Assembly: GCA_900299185.1 (NCBI GenBank) | Contig: OMIV01000143.1 | Span: forward strand, 6,688-70,687 | DNA: 64,000 nt | Direction: 5' to 3' | From: Planctomycetaceae bacterium | Lineage (GTDB): Bacteria; Planctomycetota; Planctomycetia; Planctomycetales; Planctomycetaceae | In this document: in pieces, positions 7,010 through 15,897 of the stretch | Layout: each line of letters opens with the position of its first letter | Numbering within the stretch: the stretch's first letter is position 1 | The notes under the pieces: generated by a model | Database searches by the model: none | Told to the model about the DNA's origin: nothing | What the model saw: the letters and a program-made list of their open reading frames with translations, nothing else | Position numbers and translations under genes: made by a program

Positions 7010-9043
7010 TCATTTCGCTCGAGCTTCAGCTCGTTGCTGCCAAGCCCAGCGATACAAGTTACGGGTGTCGGCGTAGCGAGCTTTCGATGACGCACAGCCC
7101 AACACCACGAGCATCAAGCGGTCGTCGCCGCGAGCGGCTTGAGACACCAAGCACGCTCCGGCAGCGTCGGTCGTACCAGTCTTCAGGCCTTCATAGCCTT
7201 CGATGTCGAGTAGCTCGTTGGTGTTCTTCCATTTGAGGTTCCGCTGATAGCCGCCCGGTCCCGTGACTTGGCAACCATGCTGTCGGGTCTGAGCGATCTC
7301 CTTCAGCAACGGAATCTGCATCGCTTCCCAACCGAGCTTCAGCAGGTCTCTCGCACTGCTTTGATGACCGGTCTCAGTCAGACCATGCGGGTTCTTGTAA
7401 CGCGTCTCGGACATCCCCAGGGACGTCGCGGTGCGGTTCATCTCAGCCACAAACGGAAGCATGGGATCGGGAGTCTTGCTGTTCGACTTCTTCTCTTTGC
7501 CATTCTCCGCGCGAGCAAACCGAGGCCCGAAATGCTCGGCCAGTGCGACAGCCGCGTCGTTGCCCGAGGGCAGCAGCAAGCCATACAGCAGCTCGCGAAC
7601 GGGTAACTTCTCACCGGCCGTCACACCCGACGTTGTGCCCGTCGTGCGGTCGGCTCGTTTCGAAAACGTCACGACTTCATCCAAGACTTTGGCATCCTTG
7701 GAAGCCAACCGAGCGACCACAAACGCCGTCATGATCTTGGTGGTGCTCGCGAAATCGAGCGGATCTGTTTCATGGTCCGACCACAGCAACTGGCCGGTGC
7801 GAGCATCCCCGATGGCCCAGGCTTTGGCAGTGACGTAGGGCTGACCCGTCAGAGCATCAGCAGGCTGCTTGGGCTGCACTTCCGCGTTGATCTTGGCGGG
7901 TTCAGGCACAGGCTCGGGGTCACTCGATAACGGACCAAGCACCTTCCACGTCGCTTCTTCGACCACGCCGTTTGCCGTGAGCTTGTTCTCCTTTTGCAGC
8001 TTCAACACAGCGCTGTGAGTCGCCGGACCAAACTCGCCATCAACCATCAGATCGGGCGAGGGCTTCAATTGACGATTGAGCGCGCGTTGCAGCAATTCAA
8101 CTTGAGCCCAGCTGTCGCCTTGCTTAAGCGGTTCGTTCTTCGTCGGTGGTTCTTTCCATTGATCGTTGAAGTAGAAGAAGACTTCGCGAGCCAACCGCGA
8201 GCACAACATGCTGCCCGCATCGTCGTCCGCCCAACGACGATCCGAGTTGTTGCGAGTGAGCACACACATCGCGATCGGTCCCGCTTCCGATTCGATGATG
8301 CCAGCATCACAGCGAACCGCCGTCACCGCGCCGGTCTTATGAGCCAACTTGATCCCTTCCGGCAGCAGCCGCGCGAGCATCGTTTTGTCCTGACAAGCTC
8401 GCAGATGGTCGAGCATTTCGTCGCTGGCCGATTTCGAAACCAACTCGCGTCGTTGTAACAGTTCCAACAGCTTGATCATCTCGCGCGCCGTCGTGCTTCC
8501 CAGCCCGTACTTCTTGCTACGTTCCGGGAAGATCGAGGTATCGCCACGAAAGACTTTCGCGTGCAGCTTGGTCTCTTTGAGTCCCAGCGATTCCATGCGT
8601 TTGCCAACGGACGCCAATTCGATCTTGTCGACAACCAGGTTGGTCGCGGTGTTGTCCGAGTACGCGATCATCAGTCGAACGGCATCACGAATCGATAACT
8701 GCAAACCGGCAGAGAAGTGAGCCGTCAAAATGCCCGAACCCTGCACCTTGTCATCGTCGCGCAGCTTGATGACATCGCTTAACGCGAACTTGCCCGCAGC
8801 CGCTTGCTGATAGGCTTCAACCATCACAGCCAACTTAATCAGACTGGCCGTCGGCATGACTTCATCAGCGTGATGCTCGAACGATTCAGCCGACTCCAGA
8901 TGCTTCACCATTACCGCGACATCGCCCTGATGTCGTTCGATGATCGGCAAGAGCTTTTCATTGAGCCCCTCTGCGGCTAGCACCAGGGACGTCGAAACCA
9001 AAACCCACGCCGCGATGAAGCACGGCAACGATCGAAATGTCAT
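7010..9043 (-). CDS. secreted fusion protein: class A beta-lactamase-like serine hydrolase, PG-binding domain and S11 D-alanyl-D-alanine carboxypeptidase
   Basis: 677 aa with signal peptide MTFRSLPCFIAAWVLVSTSLVLAAEG. The N-terminal domain has S67-LIK, S129-DN and K236-TG, close to Ambler positions. The middle has a PG_binding_1-like motif, DGEFGPATHSAVLKLQKENKLTANGVVEEATWKVL. The C-terminal domain has S433-TTK, SGND and KTGTT, typical of peptidase S11. Confidence 0.85.
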   Translation of the reverse strand: MTFRSLPCFIAAWVLVSTSLVLAAEGLNEKLLPIIERHQGDVAVMVKHLESAESFEHHADEVMPTASLIKLAVMVEAYQQAAAGKFALSDVIKLRDDDKVQGSGILTAHFSAGLQLSIRDAVRLMIAYSDNTATNLVVDKIELASVGKRMESLGLKETKLHAKVFRGDTSIFPERSKKYGLGSTTAREMIKLLELLQRRELVSKSASDEMLDHLRACQDKTMLARLLPEGIKLAHKTGAVTAVRCDAGIIESEAGPIAMCVLTRNNSDRRWADDDAGSMLCSRLAREVFFYFNDQWKEPPTKNEPLKQGDSWAQVELLQRALNRQLKPSPDLMVDGEFGPATHSAVLKLQKENKLTANGVVEEATWKVLGPLSSDPEPVPEPAKINAEVQPKQPADALTGQPYVTAKAWAIGDARTGQLLWSDHETDPLDFASTTKIMTAFVVARLASKDAKVLDEVVTFSKRADRTTGTTSGVTAGEKLPVRELLYGLLLPSGNDAAVALAEHFGPRFARAENGKEKKSNSKTPDPMLPFVAEMNRTATSLGMSETRYKNPHGLTETGHQSSARDLLKLGWEAMQIPLLKEIAQTRQHGCQVTGPGGYQRNLKWKNTNELLDIEGYEGLKTGTTDAAGACLVSQAARGDDRLMLVVLGCASSKARYADTRNLYRWAWQQRAEARAK

Positions 9044-9212
9044 CGGAAGTCCTCGAGAGAATACGAAGTCGGCGGCAAGCTAAGATCGCACCGACTCAGA
9101 GGGAACTCACACTCCCCAACAGTGGGAAGCACTCCAGGGCGCGCTGGTCGCTGCGGGTTGGTCGCGATACGGTCTCGGAAGTCAGCTCAGTTGCCTGTGT
9201 TGTGAGGTTGTC

Positions 9213-10625
9213 ATGTCCGTCGTCCCGTTTGCGTTCAATCGTCGAACCTTCTTGAACTCTGCCGCTGCGGGTATCGGTGGGATCGCTCTGCAAGCGCTGC
9301 TGGCCGAGGCTCAAGCGGAGTCATCGCATCGAGGTGGTGCCACTCATCACCAGCCCACGGCGAAGTCTTTGGTGTGCCTCTTCCAACATGGAGGACCAAG
9401 CCAATGTGACCTCTTCGACGAAAAGCCATTGCTCTCGAAGTATCACGGCAAGCCCTATCCGGCTGGTGAGCTCGAGATCCACTTCGACAAGCAAAAAGGC
9501 AACGTGCTCGGTTCGCCCTACGCCTTTCGAAAGTTCGGCGAGTGCGGAATGCCGCTCAGCCAACTGTTGCCGCATACGGGCTCGATCGCAGACGACATCA
9601 CGCTCGTTCGCAGCATGTGGACCGAGTCCGTCGATCATGAGTCCGCGTTGCGTTTGATCCACACCGGTAAGTTCTTGGCCGGGCTGCCGACAATGGGTTC
9701 GTGGCTGGCGTATGCCTTGGGCACCGAGAACCGCAACCTGCCGACCTACGTGGTGCTTTCTGACCCCGGGGGCTTGCCCGTTGATGGTGAGAAGAATTGG
9801 ACGTCAGGCTTCTTGCCGCCGGTCTATCAAGGCACCGTGTTTCGATCGGGTAGCAATCCCGTTCTGCATCTGGCGACGCCGTCTGGGATTTCGAAGGACG
9901 CTCGGACGCGACAACTCCAGTTGCTCGACCGACTGAACCGCGATCACTTGCTGAGATTCCCCGGACATGAAGAACTCGAAGCACGCATTACCAACTTCGA
10001 GATCGCGGCCAACATGCAAACCGCAGTGCCCGAAGCGCTGGACCTCGCACAAGAGACGGCAGCAACGCAAAAGCTTTACGGGCTCGATAACCCGGCGACC
10101 GAGGAATACGGACGACGTTGCTTGATCACGCGGCGGCTGATTGAACGAGGAGTCCGTTTCGTGCAGCTCTTCCTCAACGGCCAACCATGGGACACTCACA
10201 GCAAGAACGCCGAGAGCTTGAAGGGCTTGTGTGCTCGCACCGATCAGCCCAGCGCGGCCTTGGTTAAAGACCTGCAGCAACGCGGACTGCTTAATGACAC
10301 CATCGTGCTGTGGACCGGCGAGTTCGGTCGGCTGCCGGTTTCTCAAGGAGCTGACGGCCGCGACCACGACCGCCATGCCTTCTCGTTGTGGCTGGCTGGA
10401 GGTGGTTTCAAAGCGGGCCACATGCACGGAGCGACGGACGACTTTGGCTACAAGTCGGTCGAGCAAAAGGTGTCGGTGCATGACCTGCATGCCACGCTGT
10501 TGCATGCGCTGGGTCTCGACCACGAGCGTCTGACGTACCCTCACGAAGGTCGCGACGCGAGCCTCTCTGACACTGAAGTTACGGGAGCGAAAGTGGTCTC
10601 GGAGTTATTGGCTCACGGGACGTAG
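9213..10625 (+). CDS. DUF1501 family (sulfatase-fold) protein with twin-arginine leader
   Basis: 470 aa. TAT motif FNRRTFLNSAAAGIGGIALQALLAEA. DUF1501 hallmarks QHGGPSQCDLFDEKP and WTGEFGRLPVSQGADGRDHDRHAFS. Confidence 0.88.
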   Translation: MSVVPFAFNRRTFLNSAAAGIGGIALQALLAEAQAESSHRGGATHHQPTAKSLVCLFQHGGPSQCDLFDEKPLLSKYHGKPYPAGELEIHFDKQKGNVLGSPYAFRKFGECGMPLSQLLPHTGSIADDITLVRSMWTESVDHESALRLIHTGKFLAGLPTMGSWLAYALGTENRNLPTYVVLSDPGGLPVDGEKNWTSGFLPPVYQGTVFRSGSNPVLHLATPSGISKDARTRQLQLLDRLNRDHLLRFPGHEELEARITNFEIAANMQTAVPEALDLAQETAATQKLYGLDNPATEEYGRRCLITRRLIERGVRFVQLFLNGQPWDTHSKNAESLKGLCARTDQPSAALVKDLQQRGLLNDTIVLWTGEFGRLPVSQGADGRDHDRHAFSLWLAGGGFKAGHMHGATDDFGYKSVEQKVSVHDLHATLLHALGLDHERLTYPHEGRDASLSDTEVTGAKVVSELLAHGT

Positions 10626-10657
10626 CAGGCTGTGAACGCGCCGCTCTGATCAAGACT

Positions 10658-10723
10658 CTCTGCGTTCTCTGCTCCTCTGTGGTGTCGTTTTTCTGTCACC
10701 GCAGAGGAGCAAAGAACGCTGAG
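10658..10723. terminator. long bidirectional hairpin between convergent DUF1501 gene and rpoD
   Basis: Left arm is ctctgcgttctctgctcctctgtggtg (10658-10684). The reverse complement of 10697-10723 is ctcagcgttctttgctcctctgcggtg, so 27 nt pair with 3 mismatches. The loop is T-rich (tcgtttttctgt). Confidence 0.65.
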
Positions 10724-10756
10724 ATGTAACTCGACCTTGCGGGTCTCAAGCACTGC

Positions 10757-12406
10757 TTAATTGACTGCGGCAAGTGATTCGAGGAAGCCCTTCAACTGCG
10801 TGCTGCGAACCGGGTGTTGCAGCTTGCGGACGGCCTTGGCCTCGATCTGCCGCACTCGTTCGCGAGTCACCTTGAAGATGCGTCCGACTTCTTCAAGCGT
10901 GTAGGTGTAGCCGTCACCCAAGCCGTAACGCAGCTTGATGATTTCTTGCTCGCGGAACGTCAGCGTGCTGAGCACGTCGTCGATCTTGCCCTTCAGCATG
11001 TCTTGAGCAGCCGAAGCCACCGGCGTGTCCGTGCTGGTATCTTTCAGAAACTCGCCGAAGCTAGCATCGCCGCTTTCACCGACAGGACGATCGAGGCTGA
11101 CGGGCTGACGACCGATCGCCAACGCTCGCTTGGCTTCTTCGATTGGCAGGTTGGCTGCCTGTGCGAGTTCTTCCACAGTGGGTTCACGTCCCAGATCATG
11201 CAGCAAGTCCAGCGAGACGCTGCGCAGTTTCGACATCGTCTCGATCATGTGAACCGGGATGCGAATCGTGCGCGCTTGATCGGAGATCGCTCGCGTAATC
11301 GCCTGCCGAATCCACCATGTTGCGTAGGTCGAAAACTTATAGCCGCGTCGGTACTCGAACTTCTCGACAGCTCGCATCAAGCCCGTGTTGCCCTCTTGAA
11401 TGAGGTCCAAAAAGCTCATACCACGATTGCGATACTTCTTGGCGATCGACACGACCAATCGCAGGTTGGCTGCGGAGAGATCGCGCATCGCTTGCTCGTA
11501 GTCGAAGAAGCGAGACTTCACGCGCTTCACTCGTTCGCGCAACGACGCGGGTGTTTCGAGCGTCGTAATCATCAGATCGCGCAGCTCGTTTTGAATCGCG
11601 GCTTTGTCGCTGTTGCCCACATCGAACGTGCGAATGCGGTTTAGTCGCTGTTCGAGTTCCGTCATGCGTTCGGAGATTTGCTCTAACCGCTTCATGACCG
11701 GCTGCAAGCGCTGCGTGCGAATGCTGAGTTCTTCAACCAGCGTGACCATCTTCAAACGCTTGAACTTCAACATGCGATCGCGTTCGCGCCGTTCTTCAGG
11801 AGCGATCGAGTTATTGAGAATCAGTTGCTCGGCCTCGGCGACGTATTGAGTGCGCAGCTTTTCGAGCGTCTGCAAGTTGAGCGGCATGCGACCGAGGATC
11901 TGCTGCTTCTCCAGCCCTTCGGTTTGCGATGTCTTGATCGTGCGATCAAACGGCAACTCGTTGGCCGCGACCTTGGTCAACACGTCGATGGTGGCTCGCA
12001 TGGCGAAGTCGCATTCAAGCAACTCGCGACGGAAGCGCCGGCGAGTGACTTCGATGCGCTTCGACATCGAGATCTCTTCCGCGCGCGTCAGCAATGGGAT
12101 CTCGCCCATTTGCGCCAAGTACATCTTCACCGGATCTGAAGTGCGCTTGCGGTTGTCTTCGAGTTCGACGTCTTCTTTGCGAACCTTCGTGCGAGCGACC
12201 TTCTGTCGCGATTGCAGCTCTTCTTCGGAAGAGTCCAACGCGATGATGTCCAGACTTAGTTCTTCCACATACATCAGCAGATTGTCGAGCTTCTCGGGAG
12301 TGGTCGCCTCGTCCGGCAGATAGTTATTGACCTGCGAGAACGTGAGGTAGCCCTGCTCTTGGCCCTGTGCGATGAGATCTTGAAGAGTTTCATCGACGAC
12401 TTGCAT
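10757..12406 (-). CDS. rpoD: primary RNA polymerase sigma factor (sigma-70, RpoD/SigA)
   Basis: 549 aa. Region 2 [29 protein letters not shown] and region 4 [30 protein letters not shown] at 12406 follows AAGGA. Lies 21 nt downstream of dnaG. Confidence 0.95.
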   Translation of the reverse strand: MQVVDETLQDLIAQGQEQGYLTFSQVNNYLPDEATTPEKLDNLLMYVEELSLDIIALDSSEEELQSRQKVARTKVRKEDVELEDNRKRTSDPVKMYLAQMGEIPLLTRAEEISMSKRIEVTRRRFRRELLECDFAMRATIDVLTKVAANELPFDRTIKTSQTEGLEKQQILGRMPLNLQTLEKLRTQYVAEAEQLILNNSIAPEERRERDRMLKFKRLKMVTLVEELSIRTQRLQPVMKRLEQISERMTELEQRLNRIRTFDVGNSDKAAIQNELRDLMITTLETPASLRERVKRVKSRFFDYEQAMRDLSAANLRLVVSIAKKYRNRGMSFLDLIQEGNTGLMRAVEKFEYRRGYKFSTYATWWIRQAITRAISDQARTIRIPVHMIETMSKLRSVSLDLLHDLGREPTVEELAQAANLPIEEAKRALAIGRQPVSLDRPVGESGDASFGEFLKDTSTDTPVASAAQDMLKGKIDDVLSTLTFREQEIIKLRYGLGDGYTYTLEEVGRIFKVTRERVRQIEAKAVRKLQHPVRSTQLKGFLESLAAVN

Positions 12407-12427
12407 GAGCTGTCCTTTCGCTGAGAG

Positions 12428-14302
12428 TTACCGACGATTTGTGGCCCGTTTCTGATGGAACTCAGTGGCTTTCTTGAGGAGCGCGAATGGATCGATGTCG
12501 GGACCGTCTACTCGCAAAGCTTCCTTCGCCAACGCCTCTTGATGATTCCGTTCCTCACGCCGCCATTTGATGGTGTCGATGTTCTGTTTGAACAACGACG
12601 GGACTCCATCCGTCATCTCGGCCAGCTTCTGTTCGATTCCCTTCTGCCGTCCTTGCTCAGAGACCCAGACCGCCAGTCCTTTCAGCTCCAGGTCTTCCAT
12701 CTGCACCATCACTCGCTGGAACGTTGGCTCTTCGCCGAGTTCACAGACGTCGTAAATCACCTGCAATAAAAGTTGCAGGTCTGGGTTCTGGAAGTCGTCA
12801 GGTCCGACTTCCGTTCGCAATCGCTCGGCCAATTGAGGTCGAGCGAAGATGATCTCTATGAATTCACTTTCGAGCTTGTCGTCCTTGTTGAGCGGCTTGT
12901 TGTAGAAGTCGATTTTGCGTTGCGGCTTTACGACAGGAACAACCACCGGAGCGGGACGAATTTGAGACACTGCTGCAGAACCGGCCTGTCGAGCACGATC
13001 AAGTTGCTGTCGAACATCCGCTTCTGTGACACGCAATCGCGAGGACAGTCGCCCCAAGATCAACGCTTCGCGTGGCGAGCCTTCGAGCTTGGGAACTTTG
13101 GCCAACAGGTTGAGCATCTCGGTCAAAACCTTCTCACGTCCGTTGAGCGTTTTGACGTCGTTGTTCTTGATCTCCCAGTTGAGTCGGAACTCCCAGGCTT
13201 CCTGAGCGTTCGCGACATGTTCTTTGAACTGAGTAGCTCCATGAGCTTTCAGAAATTCGTCTGGGTCTTTGCCTTGCGGCACGTTCAACACTCGCAGATC
13301 AACGCTTTGCCCAAGCAGCATGCCCACGCCTCGCGCGGCGGCTCGCTGCCCGGCATCATCAGAGTCGTAGACCAGCACAATCTTCGGAGCGAAGGCTTTC
13401 AGTCGCGTGCATTGAGTCTCGGTGAGAGCCGTTCCCAATGTCGCCACCGTGTTGCCCACTCCGTGTTGGTGGCAGGCAACGCAATCGGCATACCCTTCTA
13501 CAACCAGGACTGTTTTCTCTTCGCGGATGGGCTCACGAGCTTGTGGCAGGCCATACAAAATGCGGCTCTTTTGAAACACCGCCGACTCAGGACTGTTGAT
13601 GTATTTGGCCGCATCATCTTTTGAACGCCCAGGAATTAGACGTCCTCCAAATGCCACAGTCCGCGATCGTTCGTCCTGAATTGGAAACACCACGCGGTCC
13701 ACGAACAGCGGCTGGTCGTAGTAACGTGACGATTCCTCTTTGTGTCCCAAGATCCGCGCTTCGTACATCGTCTCCAGATCGAACTGCTTCTGAGCGCGCC
13801 GAATAAACCACTCCCAATCATTGGGGTGATAGCCAATGCTGAATTTGTTGATGGTCTCGTCGTTGTAGCCGCGTTGCTTCACGTACTGCCGAGCAACCTC
13901 GGCTTCGGGACTCTTCAAGAAGAAGTTGTGAAGTTCGAGCTGCGCCCACTTCAACGCTTCGTACACAGCGGACTGACGACGGACTTCGTCAGGTTCTTTG
14001 TCTCCTAACTTTGGAAGCTCGATGTGAGCACGTTCGGCGAGGATCTTCATGGCCTCGGGGAACGCGACATTTTCGTGCCTCATGACCCACGAGAACACAT
14101 CGCCGCCGACATCAGAGCAGACCCAACATCGAAAGCTTTGACGATCTGGGTAGATCATCAACGACGGATTGCCGTCGTCATGCCAAGGACACTTGGTCGC
14201 GAAGTTCGGCCCCTTCTGAACCACCAAACGGTCCTGGCTAATCAACTGGACGATGTCCGTTCGGGAGCGAACCAATTCCTTAAGTTCGGCCGAGAATGAC
14301 AT
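12428..14302 (-). CDS. dnaG: DNA primase DnaG
   Basis: CHC2 zinc finger CPWHDDGNPSLMIYPDRQSFRCWVCSDVGGDVFSWVM and TOPRIM motifs EGYADCVACHQHG / VLVYDSDDAGQRAA. I prefer ATG 14302 (MSFSAELKELV, preceded by GGGAG) over the track start at 14380. Confidence 0.93.
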   Translation of the reverse strand: MSFSAELKELVRSRTDIVQLISQDRLVVQKGPNFATKCPWHDDGNPSLMIYPDRQSFRCWVCSDVGGDVFSWVMRHENVAFPEAMKILAERAHIELPKLGDKEPDEVRRQSAVYEALKWAQLELHNFFLKSPEAEVARQYVKQRGYNDETINKFSIGYHPNDWEWFIRRAQKQFDLETMYEARILGHKEESSRYYDQPLFVDRVVFPIQDERSRTVAFGGRLIPGRSKDDAAKYINSPESAVFQKSRILYGLPQAREPIREEKTVLVVEGYADCVACHQHGVGNTVATLGTALTETQCTRLKAFAPKIVLVYDSDDAGQRAAARGVGMLLGQSVDLRVLNVPQGKDPDEFLKAHGATQFKEHVANAQEAWEFRLNWEIKNNDVKTLNGREKVLTEMLNLLAKVPKLEGSPREALILGRLSSRLRVTEADVRQQLDRARQAGSAAVSQIRPAPVVVPVVKPQRKIDFYNKPLNKDDKLESEFIEIIFARPQLAERLRTEVGPDDFQNPDLQLLLQVIYDVCELGEEPTFQRVMVQMEDLELKGLAVWVSEQGRQKGIEQKLAEMTDGVPSLFKQNIDTIKWRREERNHQEALAKEALRVDGPDIDPFALLKKATEFHQKRATNRR

Positions 14303-14460
14303 CGAATACGACTCCCAAAAGTGAGGCTGACCAGCAGGCTGAGTGATACCGAGAAATGCGGCCCTAATTGCAACGAGCAATCAAACGCGAGCGTGTTCGG
14401 GACGGTGATGATCTCTGCATAGAGTCGAGACAACCAGCAGGGACTGTCACGTCAAATAAC

Positions 14461-14509
14461 GAAGGCACACACGGTGCGCCGTTCCTTCAGCGGCACACCG
14501 TGTGTGCCT
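14461..14509. other. perfect 16-bp-stem hairpin in the long non-coding region upstream of dnaG
   Basis: gaaggcacacacggtg (14461-14476) pairs with caccgtgtgtgccttc (14494-14509) with no mismatch. The loop is 17 nt and can extend the stem. The flanks are moderately T-rich on both strands. Function unknown (terminator, attenuator or end of an ncRNA). Confidence 0.5.
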
Positions 14510-14874
14510 TCTGTGTTCTTCCAACGGGCGAGCAAATCCGTGCCCTGCCAACGATTCCCAGCGACCAAGTCAGACCGAGTGGATCTCGTTCTGATCTCGT
14601 TGAATGATCAAGGCGAACGCCCTGTTGGTCCCCGTTGCCCGGCCAAGCCCGCGAACGGAAGTGCTTGAAGAATCGTCGCTTGCGGTCGCGGCCAACCGTG
14701 CCACGTCCGAACGGATCAAGTCTACCCCCGGATTCCAGAGCGGCCAACCAAGCTCGAAAAAGATGGAGCAAAGACACGACGTGCTGAGATCAGATTCGGC
14801 GCAACGTGAGATCTCTCGCTAGCAAGCCAACTCACCTGCAACCGGCAAAGTCATGGCGAAGAAGCCCCGAGACG

Positions 14875-14943
14875 AAAAAAGCCCGAAGCGCTCGCGAGTC
14901 CGTTTGGTCCGAATGTTCGGACGGACTCACGAGCGCTTCGGGC
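14875..14943 (-). terminator. rho-independent terminator of the YkgJ-family gene
   Basis: 23-nt stem: gcccgaagcgctcgcgagtccgt (14881-14903) pairs with acggactcacgagcgcttcgggc (14921-14943), one mismatch. An inner hairpin tccgaa-tg-ttcgga sits in the loop. An A6 run at 14875-14880 gives U6 after the hairpin on the minus strand, ~40 nt past the stop at 14986. Confidence 0.8.
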
Positions 14944-14985
14944 TTGTCGACATCGAGCTCGTTGACGCCTGGTGCTAAGGCAACG

Positions 14986-15627
14986 TTACGCCGCGATGCG
15001 TTGCCAAATGGCATTGAGGAACTCGGGAAAGAACAGCCAATCGCCGGGCTCTCGATTCCAGCGTTCCGCCAACAGGCGCATCAAAGCCATCTCTTCGCGG
15101 CATTGCTCGAACTCGGCCTGCTTCTCGCTCCAGTCGATGTCGTCGAGCCGCCATTGGCGACCACACAAGCGATACGCGGGATCGTTGCCAGGCCGACCGA
15201 ACTGCGGGATCGAAGCGATCTTCAACACGTCGTCCACCGATGTGGCCGGAAAGATGCGACAGGCCATTGGGCGATGTTCGTAGATCCCACAGGTCGCTCC
15301 CTCGGCGGCTTCCGCCAAGAAGCGGCAACGAGTCGCGCCGGAAAACGTCTGCGACTCAACATGCTTCAGACCGATCACGAAGGGCGTCTGTGGTTCGTCT
15401 TCAAAGTGGAAGTGAGGAACCTGACCGCGAGCGATCTTGCCTTCGGAATCATCCCACCTCACAGCAAAGTCCCAGAAGCTCAAACCCGTGCCTCGCGCGA
15501 TCCGAACGATGTCCCCCAGACTCAGTGGCACCACGAACGAACGGCAGCAGCCCGACTGACAGCCATCGCAGGGATGGCCCGACGAGGCATCTGGCAGGAC
15601 CGGGAGTTCGAGTAATTCGAGTGACAT
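14986..15627 (-). CDS. YkgJ-family cysteine-cluster protein (CxxCxxCC, UPF0153-like)
   Basis: 213 aa. N-terminal CDGCQSGCC cluster plus downstream CRFL...CGIYEHRPMACRIFP, typical of the putative Fe/Zn-chelating YkgJ family. Confidence 0.75.
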   Translation of the reverse strand: MSLELLELPVLPDASSGHPCDGCQSGCCRSFVVPLSLGDIVRIARGTGLSFWDFAVRWDDSEGKIARGQVPHFHFEDEPQTPFVIGLKHVESQTFSGATRCRFLAEAAEGATCGIYEHRPMACRIFPATSVDDVLKIASIPQFGRPGNDPAYRLCGRQWRLDDIDWSEKQAEFEQCREEMALMRLLAERWNREPGDWLFFPEFLNAIWQRIAA

Positions 15628-15897
15628 GATCGCAGGCGGGAAGAGGGCAGGACGAGAAGAAGCTGCTTTGATCTACCACATGCCGCGGTGTCTGGCCGAT
15701 CGATGTTGCCAAAACGCAACAAGACCACTGACTCGCCGCAGCCAGGGAGGGAATGTGCTGCCGACTTCAGGACTCAGCGAACCGCTCAGCAGCCCGACTT
15801 GCCATCGAGTCGCGGATATCAACCCTCGCTGGCGGTTCAGCGACTCGTCACATTGGCGGCCACTTACGTCCCCGTCCGTCGCCGTTGAGATTGACTG

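Noticed and set aside
14487-14777. 96-aa minus-strand ORF upstream of dnaG as a candidate rpsU (S21)
   Set aside because: The position fits the classical rpsU-dnaG-rpoD operon. However, the sequence (MSLLHLFRAWLAALESGGRLDPFGRGTVGRDRKRRFFKHF...) is too long and does not resemble S21. It also runs through the strong hairpin at 14461-14509.
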